Notes under the pieces: model-generated | What the model saw: the letters and a program-made list of their open reading frames with translations, nothing else | Database searches by the model: none | What the model was told of the DNA's origin: nothing | Origin: Mycobacterium leprae TN | Lineage (GTDB): Bacteria > Actinomycetota > Actinomycetes > Mycobacteriales > Mycobacteriaceae | Length of the DNA: 32,000 nt | NCBI RefSeq assembly: GCF_000195855.1 | Contig: NC_002677.1 | Span: 1,230,001-1,262,000, forward strand | Direction: 5' to 3' | Shown here: positions 23,339 to 32,000 of the stretch, one piece after another | Numbering within the stretch: the stretch's first letter is position 1 | How the letters are laid out: the number at the start of each line of letters is the position of its first letter | Position numbers and translations under genes: made by a program

Positions 23339-24448
23339 CTACAGCCAGTTCCTGTTTCGGAATTGCCAGTAAAGAACCAGGCAGACAATGGTCATTCCGG
23401 CCATTACCAGCGGGTAACTCCACGTCCAGTTCAGCTCGGGCATGAAACGGAAGTTCATACCGTAGATGGCGGCGACCATAGTGGGCATCGCCACGATGCC
23501 GGCCCAGGCCGCCATCTTGCGCATATCGTTGTTCTGCTGCATCCCGACACGAGCCAATGCGGCCTGTACTAGTGAATTGAGCATGTCGTCATAGCTGGCT
23601 ATTTGATCTGCGGCCTCGGTCTGGTGGTCAGCTACGTCACGCAGGTAGCGGCGCAATTCTTTGGAGATTAAGTCTTTGTTATCCGTTTGCATTCGCTGGA
23701 GTGCGGCGGAGAGCGGGGCAACACAGCGGCGAAGTTCGATGACCTCGCGCTTGAGTAGGTAAATCGGCTCGACGTTGAGCTTGCGGCCGGGAGCAAACGC
23801 CACTTCCTCGATGGCGTCGATATCGCCTTCCATCAGATTGGTCACCGCTAAATAGCGGTCTACCACGTAGTCCGAGATGGCATGCATCACAGCGTACGAG
23901 CCCAGCCGCAGATGCTCGGGGTCGGTATCCATTCGCTTACGCACCTCGGACAGCTCACCATGCTCGCCGTGGCGGACCGTGACCACGAAATTCTTGCCGA
24001 CGAAGATCATCACCTCGCCGGTTTCGACGATCTGGCGGGCCAGCACCACCGATTCGTGCGGTACATAATTGACGGTCTTGAGGACCAGAAACAACGTGTC
24101 GTCGTAGCGTTCCAACTTGGGCCGCTGATGGGCGTGCACGGCGTCCTCGACTGCCAAGGGGTGTAGCCCGAAAACGTCGGCGACGTTATGCATGTGGCTT
24201 GCTTCAGGCTCGTGTAACCCGATCCAGACGAATCCCTCGTTCCCCATCAGTTCGATCTCGCGCACCCTGCTCAGCGCGGCGGTGTACGTTGTGTATTTGT
24301 CGGGTAGCCGATGGCCTCCGACATAGACGCCGCAGTCGACCAAGGGCTCGGTGAGCGGGGGGAAAATGGGATGTACGTGAGGCGTGTACAGTCGGGGCTT
24401 CGTGACCGGCCTCAGCGCTTCAGGTAACGGGTCAAACCCCGGGAACAT
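23339..24448 (-). CDS. corA: CorA-family Mg2+/Co2+ transporter
   Basis: 'MFPGFDPLPEALRPVTKPRLYTP...' ending 'MAAWAGIVAMPTMVAAIYGMNFRFMPELNWTWSYPLVMAGMTIVCLVLYWQFRNRNWL'. Contains the GMN signature (YGMNF) and two C-terminal TMs. Confidence 0.96.
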   Translation of the reverse strand: MFPGFDPLPEALRPVTKPRLYTPHVHPIFPPLTEPLVDCGVYVGGHRLPDKYTTYTAALSRVREIELMGNEGFVWIGLHEPEASHMHNVADVFGLHPLAVEDAVHAHQRPKLERYDDTLFLVLKTVNYVPHESVVLARQIVETGEVMIFVGKNFVVTVRHGEHGELSEVRKRMDTDPEHLRLGSYAVMHAISDYVVDRYLAVTNLMEGDIDAIEEVAFAPGRKLNVEPIYLLKREVIELRRCVAPLSAALQRMQTDNKDLISKELRRYLRDVADHQTEAADQIASYDDMLNSLVQAALARVGMQQNNDMRKMAAWAGIVAMPTMVAAIYGMNFRFMPELNWTWSYPLVMAGMTIVCLVLYWQFRNRNWL

Positions 24449-24670
24449 CTCAACCCCCATCGCGGCACAGGTGTTATTAGGTGGTGTTTTATGGTACGCG
24501 TTTTGGCCAGAACAGTGGAGGACTGATTGAGTGTTGGAATGGGTCCCAGAGGGAAGTAGAACTGCTGGACCGAAAATCTCGGGTCGGTAAGGATGCGCTA
24601 GTTTCCATCCAAGCTTGAAACTCGTACCGATAGCTCGAGCCGAACCTCTCTCCGATAAGGAGTAATCGAA

Positions 24671-25660
24671 GTGAGCCCACGTCCCCTCAAGGTCGCCGTA
24701 ACCGGCGCTGCCGGTCAGATCGGTTATAGCCTGCTGTTCCGCTTGGCGAGCGGCTCACTGCTGGGGCTTGACCGCCCGATTGAGTTGCGTCTGCTTGAGA
24801 TTGAGCCCGCGCTCAAGGCGCTCGAGGGTGTCGTGATGGAACTTGATGACTGCGCGTTCCTGCTGTTGGCGGGCGTCGAGATAGGCGCGGATCCGAACAA
24901 GGTCTTCGACGGTGTCAACCTGGCCCTGCTTGTCGGTGCCCGGCCGCGCGGGCCGGGCATGGAACGTGGCGATTTATTGGAGGCTAACGGCGCGATATTC
25001 ACTGCGCAGGGCAAGGCCCTCAACGCCGTCGCCGCCGCTGACATCCGTGTCGGTGTGACTGGCAATCCGGCCAACACCAACGCGCTGATCGCGATGACCA
25101 ACGCGCCCGACATCCCCCGCGAGCGGTTCTCGGCACTTACCCGTCTGGACCACAACCGGGCTATTGCGCAGCTAGCCACGAAGACCGGCTCCGCAGTCAC
25201 CGACATCAGGAAGATGACGATCTGGGGCAACCACTCGGCCACCCAATACCCCGACGTTTTCCACGCTGAGATCGGCGGTAAGAACGCGGCCGAGGTCGTG
25301 GGGGACCAAGCTTGGATCGAGGACTACTTTATCCCGACCGTCGCCAAGCGCGGTGCTGCGATCATCGATGCACGCGGCGCTTCGTCAGCCGCTTCGGCAG
25401 CATCGGCGACCATTGATGCCGCCCGGGACTGGCTGCTGGGCACCCCTGAGGGCAACTGGGTTTCGATGGCGGTGGTATCCGATGGTTCGTACGGTGTGCC
25501 GGAGGGCCTGATCTCTTCGTTCCCTGTAACCACCACGGATGGAGACTGGACGATCGTCAGGGGCTTGGGGATCGATGACTTCTCCCGCGGGCGGATCGAC
25601 AAGTCGACCGCAGAGCTGGCCGACGAGCGTATGGCGGTCAAGCAGCTCGGTCTGATTTAG
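24671..25660 (+). CDS. mdh: Malate dehydrogenase (NAD)
   Basis: 329-aa ORF '[25 protein letters not shown]', '[37 protein letters not shown]', '[21 protein letters not shown]', '[11 protein letters not shown]'. Confidence 0.97.
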   Translation: MSPRPLKVAVTGAAGQIGYSLLFRLASGSLLGLDRPIELRLLEIEPALKALEGVVMELDDCAFLLLAGVEIGADPNKVFDGVNLALLVGARPRGPGMERGDLLEANGAIFTAQGKALNAVAAADIRVGVTGNPANTNALIAMTNAPDIPRERFSALTRLDHNRAIAQLATKTGSAVTDIRKMTIWGNHSATQYPDVFHAEIGGKNAAEVVGDQAWIEDYFIPTVAKRGAAIIDARGASSAASAASATIDAARDWLLGTPEGNWVSMAVVSDGSYGVPEGLISSFPVTTTDGDWTIVRGLGIDDFSRGRIDKSTAELADERMAVKQLGLI

Positions 25661-25689
25661 GGGCGGTTCCGCGCTAGACGTCTGTCACC

Positions 25690-26444
25690 CGTCGTGGCCG
25701 AGACTACCGGAGGTTCTCGGCGTTCCCCGGTTCCGTCTCTCAGGCCGTCGTTGCCGATAAACAAGGAGCCGAGTCCGCTAAGGCAGCCCGCGCCGCCGTT
25801 ACCTGCAAAGCCGAAGCCGCCAGGTTCCCCGGTGTCACCCGGGGTGAGACAGTCGTTACTGTCGGTGCCGCCATTGCCCCCGCTACCGCGGGATTGCATG
25901 CACCGACGGTGCTGATGGCCGGCCTGGCTGGTGGAATCGGGTTTTAGATTGACACCGCCGGCGTCAGGCCAGGCAGCGCCTGCCCCGCTGGTGTTTACCA
26001 TTTCCGCTAATGCCAAGCAGTTCCTGTGTTGCCATCGACGCCGCCGTTGCCATAAATCATCGCTGCCATCGACGCCGTCTCCGCCGTTTTACCCCGGACG
26101 GCCATTGGCACCGTTGGCGATCAGCAGGAATCCCAGCAGCTGGGTGGGTGCATTGACCAGGTCCAGCGTCTGCTGTAGCAGCATACGACACTCCGGCGGA
26201 GCTCAACCTCCGCATAAACTGCTGCTGAAACGCTGCCGCCTGTGTGCTAAATACTTGATGGGCCTGGGCGTTCGAAGAAAACAGCGACGTGATCGCCGCC
26301 AACACCTCATCAGCGTCCGCGGCCAACAGCTTCGTGGGCGGGGTCACCGGCTGCCCCATTGTTCACGACCAGTGTTGTGCCGATAGTCTCCAAACCCGTT
26401 GCTACCGCCGTCAACAAGTCTTGTGCCGCAATCAGATACACCAT
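25690..26444 (-). pseudogene. Degraded PE_PGRS-family gene
   Basis: Minus from ATG at 26444: 'MVYLIAAQDLLTAVATGLETIGTTLVVNNGAA', frameshift, then 'PVTPPTKLLAADADEVLAAITSLFSSNAQAHQVFSTQAAAFQQQFMRRL' (PE domain). The distal part is Gly/Asn-rich 'GSGGNGGTDSNDCLTPGDTGEPGGFGFAGNGGAG'. Confidence 0.85.
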
Positions 26445-26558
26445 GGCGAACCTCTCAGCCGGCTAAATCGAACAATAGGGCAGGTCCAAAGGGTATCGTC
26501 TGTGCTCGACAGGACATTCGGCGTTTCGTCTGCCTAGACTTGCAGTACTCTCGACCCT

Positions 26559-27732
26559 GTGCTAAAAATCGACCAGCCGCTACAGATTGTCATCGACGAC
26601 GATATCTTTCGGGCTCACGTAGGTGAGAAGTTTTCCGTTGCGCTGAAGACTCCGTTGGATGCTCAACGCGCGTTCTCGGTCCCCTACACTCCAGGCGTGG
26701 CGCAGGTAAGTCATGCGATCGCCGCGAATCGCGCCCTGGCTGTCTGTTATACGTGGGTGAACCGGTTCCGTCGTAAGCGATGGAAGCGCTGTAATCGGGT
26801 TCGAGTGATATCGGACCCGCGGCGTTGTTGCTGATGATGGAGGGCAAGTGCGTGCTGTTCAAGATATGTCGCGGGCGTAACGCGATCTCGATCGTGCTGG
26901 ATACCAGGGATCTCGGCGAGGTCGTAAAAACCCCTGGTGAGGCTGTGCTCGACGTTCGACACCGTCAACCTCGAGGACATTCTTCGCACTGCGCTGCTTC
27001 GAGATCGAACGGTGGGTTGTCGGGATGCTGGATTGCCCGGTTATGTATGACGACCAGAATGGTACGGCGATCGTCGTGCTTGTTGCACCGATGGTTGCTA
27101 TCATATTACTCGGCCGCGGCATGTCTTCGCTGAATGTGGTAGGTGTCCGGCGCCGGTACCGCAGGGGCTACTTCCACGAATCTTTTTCTTACCATCGGTG
27201 TTTCAGACACTACTGTGCGCGATTCGCTTGGCATTCTGCATACCGGGTGCGACGACATGAACTGCGTGAAGTTAGTTTGATTTGGCGCGATGTACCAACT
27301 CCGGCGGTCTCACCGGCGACATGGCCGAGGTGCTCGCTGGCGTTGCTGTGTTCTTTGGGGTGTAGGCGGTCTTGGTCCCTCGAAGAATTGCTTGTCATGA
27401 TGGCACCTGACGGGATCGTGTTCGTGCTGTCCGATCCGGACCCGGAAATACATCCCGGCGTTGCTGCCAAATACGTGGCAGTGGTGGCTATCGGGCGTAG
27501 TGACTTCTGCAGCCAGATCAACAGCGTGCTTGTGTTTCCTGGTGTCTTTTGCGGAGCGCTGGACGCCGAAACGAGTCGGATCACCGAAAAGATGATGGTG
27601 GCCGCTGTCGAGGCGATTTTCTGTGTTGCCAGCGACGACTTCACTCTCGACCGGATTGTTCCGAGCCTATTGAACTTCCGCGTTGGCGAAGCGGGCGCCT
27701 TGGCAACAGAAGCGTCAGACGTCGCGGGATGA
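26559..27732 (+). pseudogene. Degraded NAD-dependent malic enzyme (malate oxidoreductase)
   Basis: Plus-strand fragments in shifting frames: 'DDDIFRAHVGEKFSVALKTPLDAQRAFSVPYTPGVAQVSHAIAANRALAVCYTWVNR', 'MMEGKCVLFK', 'AISIVLDTRDLGEVVKT', 'MLDCPVMYDDQNGTAIVVLVAPMVA', 'DPDPEIHPGVAAKYVAVVAIGRSDFCSQINSVLVFPGVFCGALDA'. Confidence 0.9.
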
Positions 27733-28586
27733 GGGTCGGCAGGCTGGCGGCGTTGCTGCTCGCCGGAGTCGGAGTGTTTGTCGCGGGCGGTTGCGCGACT
27801 GACAGGGGTGATCGTCATCCGGAGTTGGTCGTTGGGTCCAAGCCTGATTCGGAGTCCACGCTGCTAGCCGCCATCTATGTCGCGGCTTTGCGGTCGTACG
27901 GTTTTGGGGCGCGAGGTGAAACTGGTGCTGACCCAATGGCGATGCTGGATTCGGGTGGATTCACTGTCGTCCCTGGATTCACCGGCAAGGTGTTGCAAAT
28001 CTTGCAGCCCCGAGCAGCGGTGCTTTCCGCTGCTCGGGTCTACCGCGCGATGGTCTCTGCACTGCCCGAGGGCATCGCCGCCGGCGACTACACCACTGCC
28101 GCCGAAGATAAGCCCACGCTGGTCGTGACTCCGGACACCGCGAAGGCCTGGAGTGGTAGTGACTTGAGCCTGGTGCTCAGTCACTGTAACGAGCTGGTCG
28201 TCGGGATCGTTGCCGGCACCCACACCCCATCGGCGGTGGGCTCGTGCCGGCTGCCCGCCGCGCGTGAATTTCCTGATTATCCAACTATGTTCGCCGCGTT
28301 GAGGGCTGGCCAGCTGACCGCGGGCTGGACCACCACCGCCAACCCCGACCTCCCCGCCGACCTGATTGTGCTCACCGACGGTAAAGCCACGCTGATCCAG
28401 GCCGAGAATGTGGTGCCGCTTTATCGGCGCAACGTGCTGACGGATAGGCAAATGCTGGCCATAAACGAAGTGGCTGGTGTGCTGGACACCGCGGCCCTGA
28501 TCGAGATGCGCCGCCAGGTAATACGCGGCGCGGACTCGCAGGCGATCGCCGACGGATGGTTGGCAGAACACCCGATGGGCCGTTAG
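27729..28586 (+). CDS. lpqZ: Substrate-binding lipoprotein, glycine-betaine/OpuAC-like family
   Basis: ATG at 27729: MRVGRLAALLLAGVGVFVAGGCATDRGDRHPELVVGSKPDSESTLLAAIYVAALRSYG... Signal peptide with lipobox-like VAGGC; OpuAC-type 'VVGSKPDSESTLLAAIYVAALRSYG' start. Confidence 0.88.
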   Translation: MRVGRLAALLLAGVGVFVAGGCATDRGDRHPELVVGSKPDSESTLLAAIYVAALRSYGFGARGETGADPMAMLDSGGFTVVPGFTGKVLQILQPRAAVLSAARVYRAMVSALPEGIAAGDYTTAAEDKPTLVVTPDTAKAWSGSDLSLVLSHCNELVVGIVAGTHTPSAVGSCRLPAAREFPDYPTMFAALRAGQLTAGWTTTANPDLPADLIVLTDGKATLIQAENVVPLYRRNVLTDRQMLAINEVAGVLDTAALIEMRRQVIRGADSQAIADGWLAEHPMGR

Positions 28587-28599
28587 TTGTCGCGAGGGC

Positions 28600-28960
28600 G
28601 CGTGTCTGTACAACGACACGCCGTGTGCTGTACAACTGCGAGCCTTTGCGAGCATTGCCTGGATGGCCGGGTCAGAATCATCTTTTGCCGAAGCGCCTCG
28701 GTGAACCTGCGCACCACGAACTTCGCCGCGTTGTAAGTGTAGGTAGCCTGCCCGGAACACGAAAAACAATCTGAACACGCTTGGAAATGCTGATGACTTG
28801 ACCATCGCTGGAGGAGATAAGGTACGGGCACTCGGTCCTAGGGTCCACACTTAACGTCGGGTTAGCCGGCTGCACCGGAAGCTGCCCCGCTCTCGGTCCG
28901 CCGGAGGCCCCCCGGTGCCGGCTTGCACCATCGCTGAGAACAAAATTAGCTAGATTCGCT
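28600..28960 (-). pseudogene. Partial, degraded SDR gene fragment homologous to part of the adjacent intact SDR
   Basis: Minus fragments 'YLISSSDGQVISISKRVQIVFRVPG' and 'GQATYTYNAAKFVVRRFTEALRQKMIL' parallel 'YLISSGDGHVINISSVFGLFSVPGQAAYNSAKFAVRGFTEALREEMAL' in 29132..29965. Confidence 0.85.
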
Positions 28961-29131
28961 TATCGGCCAAATCGGCCGCCAGGCGCCACACCCAGTTTAC
29001 GGTGTCGGGCTGTTGTGTGCAGTGATTATAGGGTCCCGAAATTGGCGATCCAGGCCGGTTTCGCTAGCTAACCCGTAACCGGATCGGCGGGATGGTGTTC
29101 GGCATCGGTGGTACCGGTGGCAACATGAGTT

Positions 29132-29965
29132 TTAGCGTTGATTGAGGATCAGCCGGCTCGCCACTTGCGCGAATAGCCGCTGATAGCCAGCTCCCCCCGA
29201 AAAACGCACCACCACGTTCGCGACTTTGGCGTCCGGGCCGACCAGTACCCGCGCCTTCTTTTTGCGCACTGCTTTGAGGATGATTCGGGCGGCGTGCTGC
29301 GGGCTGGTATGGGCCACCCACGTGTCGAACCGACTGGCTATCTTGCTTACGTCGAGTCCCTCGGCGGCGGTGGCGTTGCGCGCGATTGCGGTTTTGATGC
29401 CGCCTGGGTAGACGGTCGTCACATTGACCGGCCGGCCAGCCAGCGCCATCTCTTCTCGCAGCGCCTCGGTGAAGCCGCGTACGGCGAATTTAGCCGAGTT
29501 GTACGCTGCCTGCCCCGGTACCGAAAACAAGCCGAACACACTCGAGATGTTGATGACATGGCCATCTCCAGAGGAGATCAAGTACGGAAGGAACGCCTTA
29601 GTGCCGTTTACAACACCCCAATAATCGACGTCCATCACTCGCTCTATGTCCTTGAAGTGGCTGACCTCGACGTCGCCGGTGAACGCGATGCCGGCGTTGT
29701 TGTAGATCTGGTTCACCTTACCGAAGTTCTCGTGGACCACGTCGGCATAGGTCAGGAAGGCTTCGCGTTCGGTCACGTCGAGTCGGTCGGTCCTGGCCGA
29801 CGCGCCGATCGCCTTCAGCTGTCCCTCGGTCTGTGCTAGCCCTTCGCCGTCGACATCGCTAATCGCCAGCTTGGCACCCGAACGGGCTAGTTCGATAGCC
29901 AAGGCTTGTCCGATACCCGAACCAGCGCCGGTGACCACGGCAACCTTGCCGGCGAAACCCTCCAC
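29132..29965 (-). CDS. Short-chain dehydrogenase/reductase (Rv1245c-like)
   Basis: 277-aa ORF. 'GKVAVVTGAGSGIGQALAIELARSGAKLAISDVD' (TGxxxGxG), 'IYNNAGIAF', 'YNSAKFAVRGFTEALREEM' (YxxxK). Confidence 0.93.
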   Translation of the reverse strand: MEGFAGKVAVVTGAGSGIGQALAIELARSGAKLAISDVDGEGLAQTEGQLKAIGASARTDRLDVTEREAFLTYADVVHENFGKVNQIYNNAGIAFTGDVEVSHFKDIERVMDVDYWGVVNGTKAFLPYLISSGDGHVINISSVFGLFSVPGQAAYNSAKFAVRGFTEALREEMALAGRPVNVTTVYPGGIKTAIARNATAAEGLDVSKIASRFDTWVAHTSPQHAARIILKAVRKKKARVLVGPDAKVANVVVRFSGGAGYQRLFAQVASRLILNQR

Positions 29966-30027
29966 TAGCAGCCTCTCTCGTGTCGGCTTGCTTGTCTCGA
30001 GGTTAACACTGGTGCTGGCGTTTGAGC

Positions 30028-32000
30028 TTAGCCGAACGCGGTGTCGAGGATCTCCTGTTGCTCGACGGCATGCACCTTCGACGAACCCGACGACGGCGCC
30101 GACATGGCCCGCCGCGAAATCCTCTTGATCCCGGTGAGTCGGGGCAGCAGCTCGGGCAGCTCCAGGCCGAACCGCGGCCAGGCACCTTGATTGGCTGGCT
30201 CCTCTTGCACCCAGAAGAACTCTTTGGCGTTCTCGTAGCGGTCCAGCGTTTCGCCGAGCCGGCGCCGCGGCAGCGGGGCCAGCTGTTCGATCCGCACGAT
30301 CGCGACGTCGTCGCGGTTGTCCTTGATCTTGCGGGCGGCCAGCTCGTAGTAGAGCTTGCCGCAGGTCAACAGGACCCTGGTGACCTTGCTGCGGTCGTCG
30401 ATGCTGTCCTCGTAGGTGGGTTCCTCCAGCACCGAACGGAACTTGATCTCGGTGAAGTCCTTGATATCACTGACTGCGGCCTTGTTGCGCAACATCGACT
30501 TGGGCGTGAACACGATCAGTGGACGTTTAATGCCGTCGAGAGCGTGCCGGCGCAGCAAGTGGAAGTAGTTAGATGGAGTCGACGGCACCGCAAAGGTCAT
30601 TGAGCCCTCCGCCCACAGCTGCAGGAAGCGTTCGATGCGGCCAGAGGTGTGGTCAGGGCCCTGCCCTTCGTGCCCGTGCGGCAATAGCAGCACCACTGTC
30701 GACAACTGTCCCCACTTGGCCTCACCGGAGTTGATGAATTCGTCGATGATTGACTGTGCGCCGTTGACGAAGTCGCCGAACTGCGCCTCCCACAGCACCA
30801 CGGCATCCGGGTTGCCTACCGTATAGCCGTACTCGAAACCGACAGCGGCATACTCCGACAGTGGCGAGTTGTAGACCAGAAACTTGCCGCCGGTGGGACT
30901 GCCGTCGGGGTTATTGGCCAGCAGCTGTAACGGAGTGAATTCCTCGCCGGTGTGGCGGTCGATGATCACCGAATGCCGCTGCGAGAAGGTGCCACGCTTG
31001 GTGTCTTGGCCGGACAGCCGCACCAATTTGCCTTCCGCCACCAGCGACCCTAAGGCTAGCAACTCGGCGAAAGCCCAGTCGATCTTGCCTTCATAAGCCA
31101 TCTCCCGGCGTTTCTCGAGCACCGGCTGCACCCGCGGGTGCACGGTGAAACCTTCTGGTACCGCCAGGAAGGCGTCGCCGATGCGGGCCAGCAGTGCTTT
31201 GTCCACCGCGGTGGACAAACCCGCAGGGATCATCTGGTCAGACTCCACTGACTCGCTGGGCTGCACGCCGTGCTTTTCCAGGTCGCGTACCTCGTTGAAC
31301 ACCCGCTCCAGCTGGCCTTGGTAGTCGCGCAGCGCGTCCTCGGCTTCCTTCAAGGAAATGTCGCCACGGCCGATCAAGGCTTCGGTGTAACTCTTACGGG
31401 CGCCGCGCTTGGTGTCGACAACGTCGTACATGTACGGGTTCGTCATCGACGGATCGTCGCCCTCATTGTGCCCGCGCCGGCGGTAGCACAGCATGTCGAT
31501 AACGACGTCCTTTTTAAAACGCTGCCGAAAGTCGACCGCCAGCTTGGCTACCCACACGCAGGCTTCCGGGTCATCACCGTTGACGTGGAAGATCGGCGCG
31601 CCGATCATCTTGGCGACATCCGTGCAGTACTCGCTGGATCTGGAGTACTCCGGCGCGGTAGTGAAGCCGATCTGGTTGTTGACGATGATGTGGATGGTGC
31701 CGCCGACCCGGTAACCAGGCAGGTTCGCCAAGTTTAGCGTTTCGGCAACGACTCCTTGGCCGGCGAAGGCAGCGTCCCCGTGCAGCATCATTGGCACCAC
31801 CGAAAACGCTTCATCTTGGTTGCCATTGGTATCCTTGTTGAGTAGATCCTGCTTGGCCCGGACGAGACCTTCGAGCACGGGGTCCACGGCTTCCAAGTGT
31901 GAAGGGTTGGCGGTCAGCGATACTTGAATGTCGTTGTCGCCGAACATCTGCAGATACAAACCGGTAGCACCGAGGTGGTATTTGACGTCACCAGAGCTGT
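30028..32000 (-). CDS. kgd: Multifunctional 2-oxoglutarate metabolism enzyme (SucA/Kgd E1-type), C-terminal part; 5' end beyond window
   Basis: Minus frame continues past 31959 to the window edge ([51 protein letters not shown]...), with transketolase-like C-terminal motifs ([56 protein letters not shown]), stop at 30028. Confidence 0.95.
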   Translation of the reverse strand, partial: SSGDVKYHLGATGLYLQMFGDNDIQVSLTANPSHLEAVDPVLEGLVRAKQDLLNKDTNGNQDEAFSVVPMMLHGDAAFAGQGVVAETLNLANLPGYRVGGTIHIIVNNQIGFTTAPEYSRSSEYCTDVAKMIGAPIFHVNGDDPEACVWVAKLAVDFRQRFKKDVVIDMLCYRRRGHNEGDDPSMTNPYMYDVVDTKRGARKSYTEALIGRGDISLKEAEDALRDYQGQLERVFNEVRDLEKHGVQPSESVESDQMIPAGLSTAVDKALLARIGDAFLAVPEGFTVHPRVQPVLEKRREMAYEGKIDWAFAELLALGSLVAEGKLVRLSGQDTKRGTFSQRHSVIIDRHTGEEFTPLQLLANNPDGSPTGGKFLVYNSPLSEYAAVGFEYGYTVGNPDAVVLWEAQFGDFVNGAQSIIDEFINSGEAKWGQLSTVVLLLPHGHEGQGPDHTSGRIERFLQLWAEGSMTFAVPSTPSNYFHLLRRHALDGIKRPLIVFTPKSMLRNKAAVSDIKDFTEIKFRSVLEEPTYEDSIDDRSKVTRVLLTCGKLYYELAARKIKDNRDDVAIVRIEQLAPLPRRRLGETLDRYENAKEFFWVQEEPANQGAWPRFGLELPELLPRLTGIKRISRRAMSAPSSGSSKVHAVEQQEILDTAFG

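Noticed and set aside
27864-28850. 328-aa minus ORF opposite lpqZ
   Set aside because: His/Gly/Arg-rich antisense shadow frame with no recognisable family; lpqZ on the plus strand is supported by its signal peptide and binding-protein similarity.

Overview
The window looks like a mycobacterial chromosome segment with heavy reductive decay. Gene order and protein sequences match Mycobacterium leprae, syntenic with M. tuberculosis Rv1208 to Rv1248c; this is recognised from memory, no search was run. Intact genes: gpgS (3' part), a DivIVA-like protein gene, tagA, a DUF3117 gene, glgC, an EthR-like TetR regulator, an O-methyltransferase-like gene, sigE-rseA-htrA-tatB, mrp, a proline-rich DUF4190-like membrane protein gene, the trehalose importer lpqY-sugA-sugB-sugC, corA, mdh, lpqZ, an SDR gene, and the C-terminal two thirds or less of kgd/sucA. 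Between them are decayed genes: glgA/glgM, an ICMT-like methyltransferase, an ABC exporter pair with its TetR regulator, a DUF1003-like gene, a PRC-barrel/MgtE-like gene, a general-stress-like membrane gene, a PE_PGRS gene, an NAD-malic enzyme gene, and a partial duplicate of the SDR gene. The most notable structural feature is a 925-bp segment bounded by 47-bp perfect inverted repeats (12767-12813 and 13645-13691) between the convergent tatB and mrp genes. It is probably a dispersed repeat or rearrangement scar. I found no convincing evidence for a new multi-gene system (defence island, CRISPR, RNA-guided system, BGC). The best leads are the inverted-repeat segment, the extra EthR-like paralog beside glgC, the malic enzyme pseudogene overlapping lpqZ, the small in-frame ORF after sugC, and an (AGT)5 microsatellite.
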